Translations under genes and position numbers: made by a program | Shown here: positions 37,313 through 45,982 of the stretch, piece after piece | Numbering within the stretch: the stretch's first letter is position 1 | Layout of the letters: every line of letters begins with the position of its first letter | DNA from: Campylobacterales bacterium | Lineage (GTDB): Bacteria; Campylobacterota; Campylobacteria; Campylobacterales; Sulfurimonadaceae | NCBI GenBank assembly: GCA_038205935.1 | Contig: JBBRBK010000008.1 | Span: 1-47,004 of the forward strand | Direction of reading: 5' to 3' | Length of the DNA stretch: 47,004 nt | Notes under the pieces: generated by a model | Databases searched by the model: none | What the model saw: only the letters and a program-made list of their open reading frames with translations | What the model was told of the DNA's origin: nothing

Positions 37313-38094
37313 TATATTTTCCTCTCAAACGGAATACCGCGTTTTGTTTTAATAATAAAATTACAAATTTGTTGTACAAGATGGTTTTGGCTTGTTTCTA
37401 AAAGACTGTTTGCAACATCTTTGAGTGGCTGTCCTGATTCAAAAAGATCACGATACGCTGATTTAAGATCATCAATATCGCCTCTTTCCATATGACGTCT
37501 AAGACCTGTGAGATTAAGCCCTCTGATGCTCGCACGATTTCCCTCTGCCATACAAAACGGCGGGATATCCTGAGCAAGAGCACTCGCACCTGCGACCATA
37601 GCAAAGTCACCGATATGTACAAACTGATGGATAGGAGTCATTCCACCGATAACGACATAATCACCCATTTCCACATGTCCAGCAAGCGTTGCGGCATTTG
37701 CTAAAATGCAGTGATTGCCGATGATAACATCATGACCAATATGTACATAACCCATAAAAAGATTGTGGTTGCCGATGATTGTTCTTCCGCCGCCACCTTT
37801 TGTTCCTGGATTGAAAAGTGTAAATTCTCTTATCTTGTTATTATCACCGATGATGAGCTCTACATCTTCGCCGCCAAACTTCAAATCCTGAGGAACTGAT
37901 CCAAGGACGGAATGAGAAAATACATGGTTGTTTTTGCCAAGCGTTGTCTTGCCGTAGATACAGCTTCCTTGATCAATGATCGTGCCATCACCGATGGTCG
38001 CTCCAGCAGAGATGAAACAATACGCTCCGATCTCTACATTTGTTCCAATAACAGCACCATCTTCAATAATAGCTAAGTTAGATATTTTATTCAT
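37312..38094 (-). CDS. lpxA: UDP-N-acetylglucosamine O-acyltransferase
   Basis: Hexapeptide repeats, PQDLKF, HIGHD, LAGHV and IHQF. Confidence 0.96.
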   Translation of the reverse strand: MNKISNLAIIEDGAVIGTNVEIGAYCFISAGATIGDGTIIDQGSCIYGKTTLGKNNHVFSHSVLGSVPQDLKFGGEDVELIIGDNNKIREFTLFNPGTKGGGGRTIIGNHNLFMGYVHIGHDVIIGNHCILANAATLAGHVEMGDYVVIGGMTPIHQFVHIGDFAMVAGASALAQDIPPFCMAEGNRASIRGLNLTGLRRHMERGDIDDLKSAYRDLFESGQPLKDVANSLLETSQNHLVQQICNFIIKTKRGIPFERKI

Positions 38095-38537
38095 TATTTG
38101 TCTACAACCATTGCTTTGAGCTCAGCTTGTGCGACTATCTTGTCATCAACATATGCTTTGCCATCGAGTATCCAGATAGCACCTTTGTTTTTGATGACAG
38201 TGACTCTGTACTCTAAACGATCACCTGGGCGAACTGGAGCGCGGAATTTTGCATTGTCGATGCTCATAAAATAAACGACTTTTTGGGCTGCTTGTTCTTT
38301 TGTCATATCCATACTTTTAAACGCTAAAATCCCGCCAGCTTGTGCAAGGCCTTCTAAAATCATAACGCCTGGATAAATTGGGTGTCCTGGAAAGTGTCCT
38401 TGAAAAACTTGTTCTCCAATAGTTATATTTTTGTAGCCTATTAAACTTTCGCCATTTGTGACCTCAGTAACTCTGTCAACAAGCAAAAATGGAAAGCGGT
38501 GTGGGATAATTTCTTGAATCTCTATAACATCCATCAT
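38094..38537 (-). CDS. fabZ: 3-hydroxyacyl-ACP dehydratase
   Basis: [30 protein letters not shown] and PVRPGD. Confidence 0.97.
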   Translation of the reverse strand: MMDVIEIQEIIPHRFPFLLVDRVTEVTNGESLIGYKNITIGEQVFQGHFPGHPIYPGVMILEGLAQAGGILAFKSMDMTKEQAAQKVVYFMSIDNAKFRAPVRPGDRLEYRVTVIKNKGAIWILDGKAYVDDKIVAQAELKAMVVDK

Positions 38538-38587
38538 TTATTAAAACCTTATATTATATTAAGTCGGATATTTTACCAAAATAAAGG

Positions 38588-39436
38588 TTAATATGAGATA
38601 TTAGAAAGTTTTAAACCCAGAGTCGTTGAGCAATTTGCTTGGAGGATTTTTGAGTCATCAAGTACATTTGCACTCTCAATACACAACATATTTTTGTACT
38701 CATAATCTTGCATGTCCTTGATAAATTTGGCTTTTTCGCTCCAAGGATTCCAAATGACAAGGGAGTTTGAATTGCTGTTTTGTAGGAAAATAGCGCGATT
38801 TTTTTCTTTTAATATAATGTTTTTATTCAAATGAGTATAAATTCTGTCAATCTCCTGATCTACATGTAAGTCATCTTTTTGAACTTCCATAGTTTTGCTG
38901 AGTTGATCAAAATAGGTGCAGTTTTTAACACCAAAAACTTCAACATTTGAAATATTTTTAACGCTAAAATAGCTATGAAGTGCCTGAGTAATCTTGAACT
39001 CTTTTGTATCGGTATTGGTTGTTTTAAGGCTTACATGTAACTCTTTTGAGATGGTAATAGTGACAAGAAGTTCAAAACTAAAATCCCAAAGAATTCTAGT
39101 TTTTGGAGAGTCTGTGAGTTTGAGTGTCACTATGCTTGTTGCCTCATCTTTTTCATCACAAGAGACAAAGGTAAAACGGCTGATTCTTGCAAAACCGTGT
39201 TGAGGAAGGGAAGGTTCACAATGGGGCCCAAACCAAGGCCAGCAGATAGGAATTCCACCGCGGATAGGTTTATTTTCTTCAAACAGTGCAAGTGAACTCA
39301 GCCATAAAAGTTCGTTTTTGTTTTCTCTTTTATACTCAAAAACATGCGCTCCTTGAAGTGCAATCTTTGCGCTTGCAACGCTGTTTGTGACTTCAATATA
39401 AGCAAATCCGTTTTCAAAAGTTTTAAACTCTATCAT
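38588..39436 (-). CDS. D-hexose-6-phosphate mutarotase (aldose 1-epimerase family)
   Basis: QGAHV, PIRGGIPICWPWFG, HGFAR, ALHSYF, VIWNPW and MLCIES. Confidence 0.9.
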   Translation of the reverse strand: MIEFKTFENGFAYIEVTNSVASAKIALQGAHVFEYKRENKNELLWLSSLALFEENKPIRGGIPICWPWFGPHCEPSLPQHGFARISRFTFVSCDEKDEATSIVTLKLTDSPKTRILWDFSFELLVTITISKELHVSLKTTNTDTKEFKITQALHSYFSVKNISNVEVFGVKNCTYFDQLSKTMEVQKDDLHVDQEIDRIYTHLNKNIILKEKNRAIFLQNSNSNSLVIWNPWSEKAKFIKDMQDYEYKNMLCIESANVLDDSKILQANCSTTLGLKLSNISY

Positions 39437-40520
39437 CTGATAACTCTACTAAAATCTCTTTGGTATCTTCATAAGTTTTTGCTTCAAGTGTTAAAGAGAG
39501 TTTCTCGTTTGTGATGCTTTCAACGACAATAATTGGGGTGAGATCATAGATATTTTGTGTGATTTTATAGCGTAAATCGAGCTCATCTTTGAAGGATAAA
39601 GGGTTGTAAATAAGTTCAGGTAGAGATGAAAAATCCTTATATGTAAGCTCGTTAAACTTTGCCAAAGTAAGAAAACGGATCTCATCACGATTGAAAAAAT
39701 GTATCCCTTCGATCTCAAATTCTATCCTTCCCTCAGCACGTTTTCTCGGAAGTGTTGAGTAAGAAAGTGCATACGCAGGAATGGAGTTTTTTTTGCCTTG
39801 AGAGAGCTTACATGTAAGCTGTCTGTAGTTTAAAAATTTATGTTTGACTATCTTATACTCTGTGCCCTCATCTTCAAGCTGCATTCTTCTTTTGTAAAGC
39901 TGCAGGCGCTCTTCTATGGAAGCTGGCATGATAGTTCCAGAGATTGGAGAAAACATCTCGTCCATCAGTTTGTCTTGAGACTCTCTTTGCATTGTTAACC
40001 CGAAAATACAGCCACAATAATCTTGACGGTATAGCTGTTCCTCTTTGGTTACACGACTTTGGTCATTCGTTCCGCCGCCGCTTCTATAATCCACGGCAAT
40101 AAATTCAACGCCGTTTTTTTTGTAAAACTCATCGCCTACACGTTTAAGCTGTTCTTGAGATTTGAGGGGACTAACAAGCAAGGTAGTCGTCATCTTTTTC
40201 TCGCCAAGTTCTAAGGCTTTATGCGCACTGACATCAAAGCGCTTGTCAAAACAGACTTCACAGCGTTTGCCTTTTTCAGGCTCATTTTCTAAGCCACGAA
40301 CAGCAATCATCCAAGCTTCAAAGTCATACTCGCCTTCTAAAAGATCGATGCCGAGTTTTTTACAAGAACGTTGCACATCAAGATAACGGAGTTGGTATTC
40401 AGAGTAGGGATGGATATTTGGATCATAAAAAAAGCCTGTGAGTTTTTCTTCGGGAAAGTCATTTTGGAGTTTTTCTAAAAAAAAGTGGCTGTCAACAGAG
40501 CAGCAAATATGTACTAGCAT
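39423..40520 (-). CDS. queH: Epoxyqueuosine reductase QueH (long Campylobacterota form)
   Basis: HICC, FYDPNIHPYSEY, EPEKGKRCEVCF, TTTLLVSP and LYRQDYCGC. Confidence 0.88.
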   Translation of the reverse strand: MLVHICCSVDSHFFLEKLQNDFPEEKLTGFFYDPNIHPYSEYQLRYLDVQRSCKKLGIDLLEGEYDFEAWMIAVRGLENEPEKGKRCEVCFDKRFDVSAHKALELGEKKMTTTLLVSPLKSQEQLKRVGDEFYKKNGVEFIAVDYRSGGGTNDQSRVTKEEQLYRQDYCGCIFGLTMQRESQDKLMDEMFSPISGTIMPASIEERLQLYKRRMQLEDEGTEYKIVKHKFLNYRQLTCKLSQGKKNSIPAYALSYSTLPRKRAEGRIEFEIEGIHFFNRDEIRFLTLAKFNELTYKDFSSLPELIYNPLSFKDELDLRYKITQNIYDLTPIIVVESITNEKLSLTLEAKTYEDTKEILVELSDDRV

Positions 40521-40537
40521 TTAAATTTTTAACCTTT

Positions 40538-41092
40538 TTAAAAAACTGTTACTGTATAAATATTTTCCTCATCTTCATCAGCTTCAAGGAAGATCTCGAT
40601 GGAATGGTCATCAAAATGACCTTTATAAAGGATAAGCATTCTATTTTCTTCATTGAACTTTGTAACGGTAAATTCTAGATTGATTTGTTCTAAGAAAAGG
40701 TAACAGATATCATAAGCTTCACTTAGATTTTTGACTGTAATATTGCCAAATCTTTCTTCTAAATCTTCTTCAAGTTGTGTAAAAGTTGCGAAAGCTTCCT
40801 TATCTTCAATCTCTTGTTCAGATAAAACAGCGGCGGGTTCTTCCACCAAAAGAGTTTCTCCACAAAAAGGGCAATACGAGAAAGGGATAAAAAAAGTGTT
40901 ATTTTTTATCTCTTGTAGAGGATTTGAACTATTTTCGATTTTATAGGAAGATTGTACGGAAACTCCGATCTCTGAGTTTTCTTTAAGATTGAGAGCAACA
41001 TCACTCCAAGAGGAGTGAACATCGCTCACATGTTGAAGATGTCTGATCCGTATATTGATCTCTTGTAATTTTACTTCAAAACAGTTGCACAT
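40538..41092 (-). CDS. Hypothetical protein with putative Zn-binding N-terminal domain and acidic C-terminal domain
   Basis: 184-aa ORF, co-oriented with its neighbours, containing MCNC ... YCPFCG. Confidence 0.7.
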   Translation of the reverse strand: MCNCFEVKLQEINIRIRHLQHVSDVHSSWSDVALNLKENSEIGVSVQSSYKIENSSNPLQEIKNNTFFIPFSYCPFCGETLLVEEPAAVLSEQEIEDKEAFATFTQLEEDLEERFGNITVKNLSEAYDICYLFLEQINLEFTVTKFNEENRMLILYKGHFDDHSIEIFLEADEDEENIYTVTVF

Positions 41093-41104
41093 AGTTCTAA
41101 TCGA

Positions 41105-41611
41105 TTATTTAGATTCTAAGATTTCAACAGTTTCGATTTTGTCTTTCATCTTTAAAGAATCTAAAACAGCCATACTCTCTGCATCATCTTGCTCGATTCC
41201 TCCAAAAACTGTATGTCCGCCATCAAGGTGAGGACAAGCAACGAAACAGATGAAAAACTGGCTTCCACCTGTGTTTGGTCCAGCGTGTGCCATTGAAAGT
41301 GTACCTTTTACGTGTTTGTGAGTATTGAGTTTTGTTTCACAAGGGATTGACCAACCTGGTCCGCCTGTTCCGCTTCCTGTTGGACAACCGCCTTGAGCCA
41401 TAAATCCTGGGATGACACGGTGAAAATCAAGACCGTTGTAAAAACCTTCGCTTACTAAATGAGCGAAGTTTGTAACAGTGATAGGAGTTTCTTCAGGATA
41501 AAGTTTGATCCATAATACACCTTTGCTTGTAGTCATTTTCGCCCATTGCGCTTTTGCTAATTCAGTTTCATTGATTTCGTATTTTTTTAAGTCTTTTCCA
41601 AATAGTGCCAT
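41105..41611 (-). CDS. Cyclophilin-type peptidyl-prolyl isomerase
   Basis: FHRVIPGFMAQGG, LSMAHAG.NTGGSQFFI and HLDGGHTVFG. Confidence 0.95.
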   Translation of the reverse strand: MALFGKDLKKYEINETELAKAQWAKMTTSKGVLWIKLYPEETPITVTNFAHLVSEGFYNGLDFHRVIPGFMAQGGCPTGSGTGGPGWSIPCETKLNTHKHVKGTLSMAHAGPNTGGSQFFICFVACPHLDGGHTVFGGIEQDDAESMAVLDSLKMKDKIETVEILESK

Positions 41612-41690
41612 TGTTTTGCCTTTAATTATTTTATTTTTGCAATTATAGTCAAAGTTTTACAACAAGTCTATTTTGTGTCATAATCGCACT

Positions 41691-42908
41691 ATGAAAATGA
41701 AACTTTTTTTTAAAACTATGAGCATTAAAAAAGCGAATATTATTACGATAGTTATTATCTTTTTATTTAGTATGCTTTTTGTAGTTTTACTAGTTTCGGA
41801 TATGTACCACGATTATGAAAAATCTTTGGCCAATAGCCATTTGGTGCAAAGTAGCAATCTTTCTGATGCGAAAATTATAGAGCATAAAGAGGCAATTCTC
41901 AAATCAGTTTTGATCAAAACCATTTTGGCCATCGTCACACTCTCTTTTATTCTCTTTGGAATTGCACTTGGATTTTTTAAGATATTTAACGCTTTTTTAC
42001 AAAGAGATATTGAAAAGTTCTTAACCTTTTTTAAAGATGCTGCCCATAATGATAGAGTTATAGATGAAAAAACACTATTTTTTGAAGATTTTAAACAGAT
42101 GGTTTGGCATATCAATGAGATGCTCGATACTATTCGTGAACAAAAGGAAACGCTTAAAGAACTTAATGTAAGTCTTGAAGATAAAGTAAGAGCAAAAGCA
42201 GGTGATCTCAAGCGTATCAACGAAACGCTGTTGATAGAAAAAGCGCAAAAAGATGAGATACTCCAAGCACAAAAAGAGTTCTTACGCTACACGGTTCATG
42301 AGACAAATACCCCTTTGAGTGTCATACTCACAAGCATAGAACTTTTTGTGATGAAAAATCAAAAAGATAGACAACTCTCAAAAATAGAAGCGGCGGCTAA
42401 AAATATCTTTAATATTTATGATGATTTGAGTTATCTTGTAAAAAAAGATCAAGTGGAGTATCCAAAAATGGCCATTGATTTGGATCTTTTTTTAGTTTCA
42501 AGACTTGATTTTTTTGCAGAGGTTGCGGAGCTTTCAAAGGTCAAGTTTCTCTATCATACTGAGTTAAAAGGAAGATATATCTACTTTAATGAAACAAAAC
42601 TCCAACGGATCATAGACAATACAATTACCAATGCAATCAAATACACTCTCGCAGATGAGAGTGTACATGTAAGCCTTAAAGAAGATGGAACTTTTATAGA
42701 ACTTTCAATGGGAAGCAGATCAAAAACGATTCAAAATACGGATAAAATATTTGATGCTTATTATAGAGAAAATCAGTCTCGAGAAGGTTTTGGGATTGGT
42801 TTACAGCTCGTAAACAGCATATGTAAAGAGGAAGGTGTTTTGATATCTTTAGAGTCACAAGATGAGCGAACAACTTTTACATATAAATTTAAGATGATGG
42901 GTGAATAA
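41691..42908 (+). CDS. Membrane sensor histidine kinase
   Basis: Two TM helices, H-box VHETNTPL, NTITNAIKY and GFGIGL. ATG 41691 lies 6 nt after TGtCATAAT. Confidence 0.9.
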   Translation: MKMKLFFKTMSIKKANIITIVIIFLFSMLFVVLLVSDMYHDYEKSLANSHLVQSSNLSDAKIIEHKEAILKSVLIKTILAIVTLSFILFGIALGFFKIFNAFLQRDIEKFLTFFKDAAHNDRVIDEKTLFFEDFKQMVWHINEMLDTIREQKETLKELNVSLEDKVRAKAGDLKRINETLLIEKAQKDEILQAQKEFLRYTVHETNTPLSVILTSIELFVMKNQKDRQLSKIEAAAKNIFNIYDDLSYLVKKDQVEYPKMAIDLDLFLVSRLDFFAEVAELSKVKFLYHTELKGRYIYFNETKLQRIIDNTITNAIKYTLADESVHVSLKEDGTFIELSMGSRSKTIQNTDKIFDAYYRENQSREGFGIGLQLVNSICKEEGVLISLESQDERTTFTYKFKMMGE

Positions 42909-43564
42909 TGAAGATCTTGCTTTTAGAAGATGAGGTGATGTTAAATGAATCGATCCAAGAGTTTTTAGAGTCCGAGGGGCATAGCGTTGATACTTTTTTT
43001 GACGGACTCAAGGCTTTTGATAATATAAAAAGTCGGAGTTATGATCTTCTTATTCTTGATATTAATGTTCCAGGCTTGGATGGACTGACTTTTTTGGAGC
43101 GTCTTCATGAGCTAAAAATTCACGCGCCCACTATCTATATTAGTGCATTAGTAGATATCGAGGATATATCACGTGCGTATAATTTGGGATGCTATGATTA
43201 TCTGAAAAAACCGTTTCATCTCAAAGAACTCGCTCTTCGTCTTGACAGGATCAAACTTTCAAATGAGGTGCCGCGAGTACATTTGCGTTTGTCAAAAAAC
43301 TACAGTTACGATCAAGAACACAATACGCTTATCTTCCAAGGAGAGTCACAAGTTCTTACAAAAAGACAATCTCAGATCATAGATCTGCTTGCACGTAACC
43401 GTGGAAGAGTCGTAGATTTTGAGCAGTTTTCACTCTACGTCTGGGATGAAAATATCGTAGATAATGCAACGATCCGAGCAGAGATCAACCGCCTAAAAAA
43501 ATCACTTCACGAAGATGTCATCATCAATGTCCGCGGGATGGGATATATGATAGATAAACCGTAA
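42908..43564 (+). CDS. OmpR-family response regulator
   Basis: LLLEDE, LDINVP, KKPF and winged helix INRLKK...INVRGMGY. Confidence 0.93.
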   Translation: MKILLLEDEVMLNESIQEFLESEGHSVDTFFDGLKAFDNIKSRSYDLLILDINVPGLDGLTFLERLHELKIHAPTIYISALVDIEDISRAYNLGCYDYLKKPFHLKELALRLDRIKLSNEVPRVHLRLSKNYSYDQEHNTLIFQGESQVLTKRQSQIIDLLARNRGRVVDFEQFSLYVWDENIVDNATIRAEINRLKKSLHEDVIINVRGMGYMIDKP

Positions 43565-44443
43565 TTACACAAGAATAATAGGAACATAATATTTCAGAGA
43601 GAAAAAACCTTTCTCGTTTAAAAAATTGTTCTCTTCATAGATGGCATAGGGAGGCTTGTTTGTTGTCTCAAAACCGCTTGTTGGAAGCCATTCATGATAG
43701 ATTTGCTGCATTAGTTTTAAGATATCATCATGATAACCTTGCGCGCTAAATTCAGCGTAGACTCCCGCATGTACTTCAAATGAGGGTAGGTTGATATTAT
43801 CGGATTTTGTCTTATCATCAACTCTGAGACATGCGACATAGTTACACTCTTTGAGTGGTGTGATAATGGGATTATCGTGATAGATGGCGATTTGCGTATA
43901 ATCTTCGATCTCCTTGCTTAAAGTAAGGGCTTGGAGCTGCTGCCAACACTTTTTTATGCTCTCATCATAGCCGTGATGACGGATATAATAAACTTCAAAT
44001 GCGGGCATTTTTTTTATCACAGGTGAGAGTTTAGTGTACTGGATATCTGAGGTTAAACTCTTTGGAAGTTCTTGGAGAATCTGATTTGAATACTCCATAT
44101 ATCCCCCTTTTCTCCACTTCTTTGGACTCATCCCAAATCTCGCACCAAACGCTCGTATAAAAGATGTTTGTGCGCTGTATCCACAGATGGAGGATATTTT
44201 AGATATAGTAGAGTTTTTATTTGTGATAAGAAGATTGGAAGCTTTTTGAAGCCGTATAGAGACGATGGTTTCATAGATATTAGAGTCAAATTCTTGTTTG
44301 AAAATACGGTGCATGTGAAATTTTGAAATATGAAAATCTTGGCTCAGTGTGTCTAAGTTGATTTGCGAATCGATATTCTCATAGATGTAATGCATCAAAT
44401 CATTTGTAATCTTTGTTCTGTTTCTTGCTATATCTTTTTTCAT
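43565..44443 (-). CDS. AraC-family regulator with a GyrI-like effector domain
   Basis: SKFHMHRIFK, IRLQKA, CGY...SFIRAF..RFGMSP, then YHDNP and WLPTSG. ATG 44443 lies 7 nt after TGcTATAAT. Confidence 0.92.
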   Translation of the reverse strand: MKKDIARNRTKITNDLMHYIYENIDSQINLDTLSQDFHISKFHMHRIFKQEFDSNIYETIVSIRLQKASNLLITNKNSTISKISSICGYSAQTSFIRAFGARFGMSPKKWRKGGYMEYSNQILQELPKSLTSDIQYTKLSPVIKKMPAFEVYYIRHHGYDESIKKCWQQLQALTLSKEIEDYTQIAIYHDNPIITPLKECNYVACLRVDDKTKSDNINLPSFEVHAGVYAEFSAQGYHDDILKLMQQIYHEWLPTSGFETTNKPPYAIYEENNFLNEKGFFSLKYYVPIILV

Positions 44444-44563
44444 AAATACAATTATAGCAATAATTGTCAACTTTTCTAGCAAATAATGCAACTTATTATG
44501 TGTTTATATGTATGGTATAAGAGTTTTAAAACAAATATAATTTCGAAATTTTATAGGTGGAAA

Positions 44564-45982
44564 ATGAGTCTTAAATTACCTTTTTTATTGTTGTTACCTC
44601 TTTTGTTTTTTAGCGCATGTGTTCCTAAAATAGATACACAAAAGCCTCTTCAAAAACTCGATATCAAAGATGATATTGCAAAAAACGGTGCAATCTCTGA
44701 TGTCGCAAAACTAAAAGCCGATTGGTACAAAGATTATGGTGATGCACAGCTTGATAAGATCATAGCTTTTACACTCAAAGACTCACCGAGTATCAAAAGT
44801 ATAGAAGCAAAATATGCTCAGGCAAACAGTATCATCGCATCAACAAAAGCTGGAAATTTACCGAGAGTTTCAGCAAATGCAGGACTTTCACGTGAGCGTT
44901 TTAGTGAAAACTATATTTTTCCGCCACCTTTGGGCGGTGGAACTGAAAGTTTGTATCAAACAGGTTTATCTTTAAACTATGATTTTGATTTTTGGAACTC
45001 ACGGGGTTCTAAGATCCAGTCGGCAAAATACAGTGCAATGGCTCAAAAAGCTTATATAGAGGAGATAAAACTTTTACTTTCAACGAGTATTTGTGAGATA
45101 TATCTTTCTTGGGATTTTGATGAAAAAAGAGTTCAGGTACTTTTGGAAATAAAAACTTTGCTGATGCAAGAGGAAAATATCTGCTATAAAAACTTGAAAA
45201 GCGGACTCAGTGATGCGAGTTTATTGAACACTAAAAAGTCCGAAATCGCGCAGATAGAGAGACAAATACAAACGCTTAAACGCTCTATTGAAGGCAAAAA
45301 AGAGAGCATCGCAATTTTGGGTGGCTTCATGCCCTCAGTGGCAGATAAATGGAAAACACCAAATATAAAAAGTTTTAAAGCTCCTTTGCCAAAGGAGGTG
45401 GTTTTAAATCTCATCGCTCATAGAGCAGATATCACCGTGCAAAAGTATATTGTGCTCAGTAAGGGACAAAATATAGAAAATGCAAAGGCTCAGTTTTACC
45501 CAAATATCAGTTTATCAGCGATGATAGGTTTTGTCTCGTTTGATTTGGCTAAATTCCTTGGATACAGCTCTTTTGCTCCATCTTCAGGAGTTGCTTTTTC
45601 TTTGCCTCTTTTTGATGGGGGAGAGCGAAAAGCAAATCTTTCTATACAAACGAGTGACTATAACAGTTCTGTCAATGATTATAACAATGTCGTTATAAAA
45701 GCCGCAAATGAAGTGGTCGCAACGCTGAAAAAGTCAAAGATTTTAGACTCAGAATTAGCCTTACATGTGAAGGAAGTAGAAGCCAAAGAGTTAAATGTAC
45801 AAATAGCTCAGCAAAAATTTAGCGCGGGACTAACAAATAAGTTGCCATACCTTCAAGCACAAAGAGAAGTGACACTAGCAGGATTAAACGAAGTTGACTT
45901 GCATGATGCAAAAGCTTTATTGGAAGTTCACCTTATCAAGGCACTTGGCGGCGGTTATGAGGATAAAAATGTATCTAAGTAA
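44564..45982 (+). CDS. Outer-membrane efflux lipoprotein (NodT/OprM/MdtP type)
   Basis: AGGTGG RBS, lipobox FSAC, YGDAQLD, RADI, FYPNISL, LPLFDGG and LIKALGGG. Confidence 0.9.
   Translation: MSLKLPFLLLLPLLFFSACVPKIDTQKPLQKLDIKDDIAKNGAISDVAKLKADWYKDYGDAQLDKIIAFTLKDSPSIKSIEAKYAQANSIIASTKAGNLPRVSANAGLSRERFSENYIFPPPLGGGTESLYQTGLSLNYDFDFWNSRGSKIQSAKYSAMAQKAYIEEIKLLLSTSICEIYLSWDFDEKRVQVLLEIKTLLMQEENICYKNLKSGLSDASLLNTKKSEIAQIERQIQTLKRSIEGKKESIAILGGFMPSVADKWKTPNIKSFKAPLPKEVVLNLIAHRADITVQKYIVLSKGQNIENAKAQFYPNISLSAMIGFVSFDLAKFLGYSSFAPSSGVAFSLPLFDGGERKANLSIQTSDYNSSVNDYNNVVIKAANEVVATLKKSKILDSELALHVKEVEAKELNVQIAQQKFSAGLTNKLPYLQAQREVTLAGLNEVDLHDAKALLEVHLIKALGGGYEDKNVSK

Larger units (their letters stand above)
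936..39817. repeat. Dispersed, highly iterated palindrome TTACATGTAA (span from first to last exact copy)
   Basis: Exact copies start at 936, 6981, 7239, 19684, 22079, 27699, 28142, 33466, 39031 and 39808. Confidence 0.85.

Noticed and set aside
936..39817. Reading the repeated palindrome as a CRISPR array or parS site
   Set aside because: Copies are dispersed, only 10-16 bp long and lack regular spacers. The sequence does not match the parS consensus TGTTTCACGTGAAACA.
39423..39960. QueH C-terminal extension as a novel fusion
   Set aside because: As far as I recall, long QueH proteins are usual in Campylobacterota, so this is not specific to the locus.
44444..44563. ORF-track N-terminal extensions of the AraC (44491) and efflux (44486) genes
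   Set aside because: The extensions overlap each other and run through promoter elements. ATG 44443 and ATG 44564 give a sensible promoter, RBS and lipoprotein signal.
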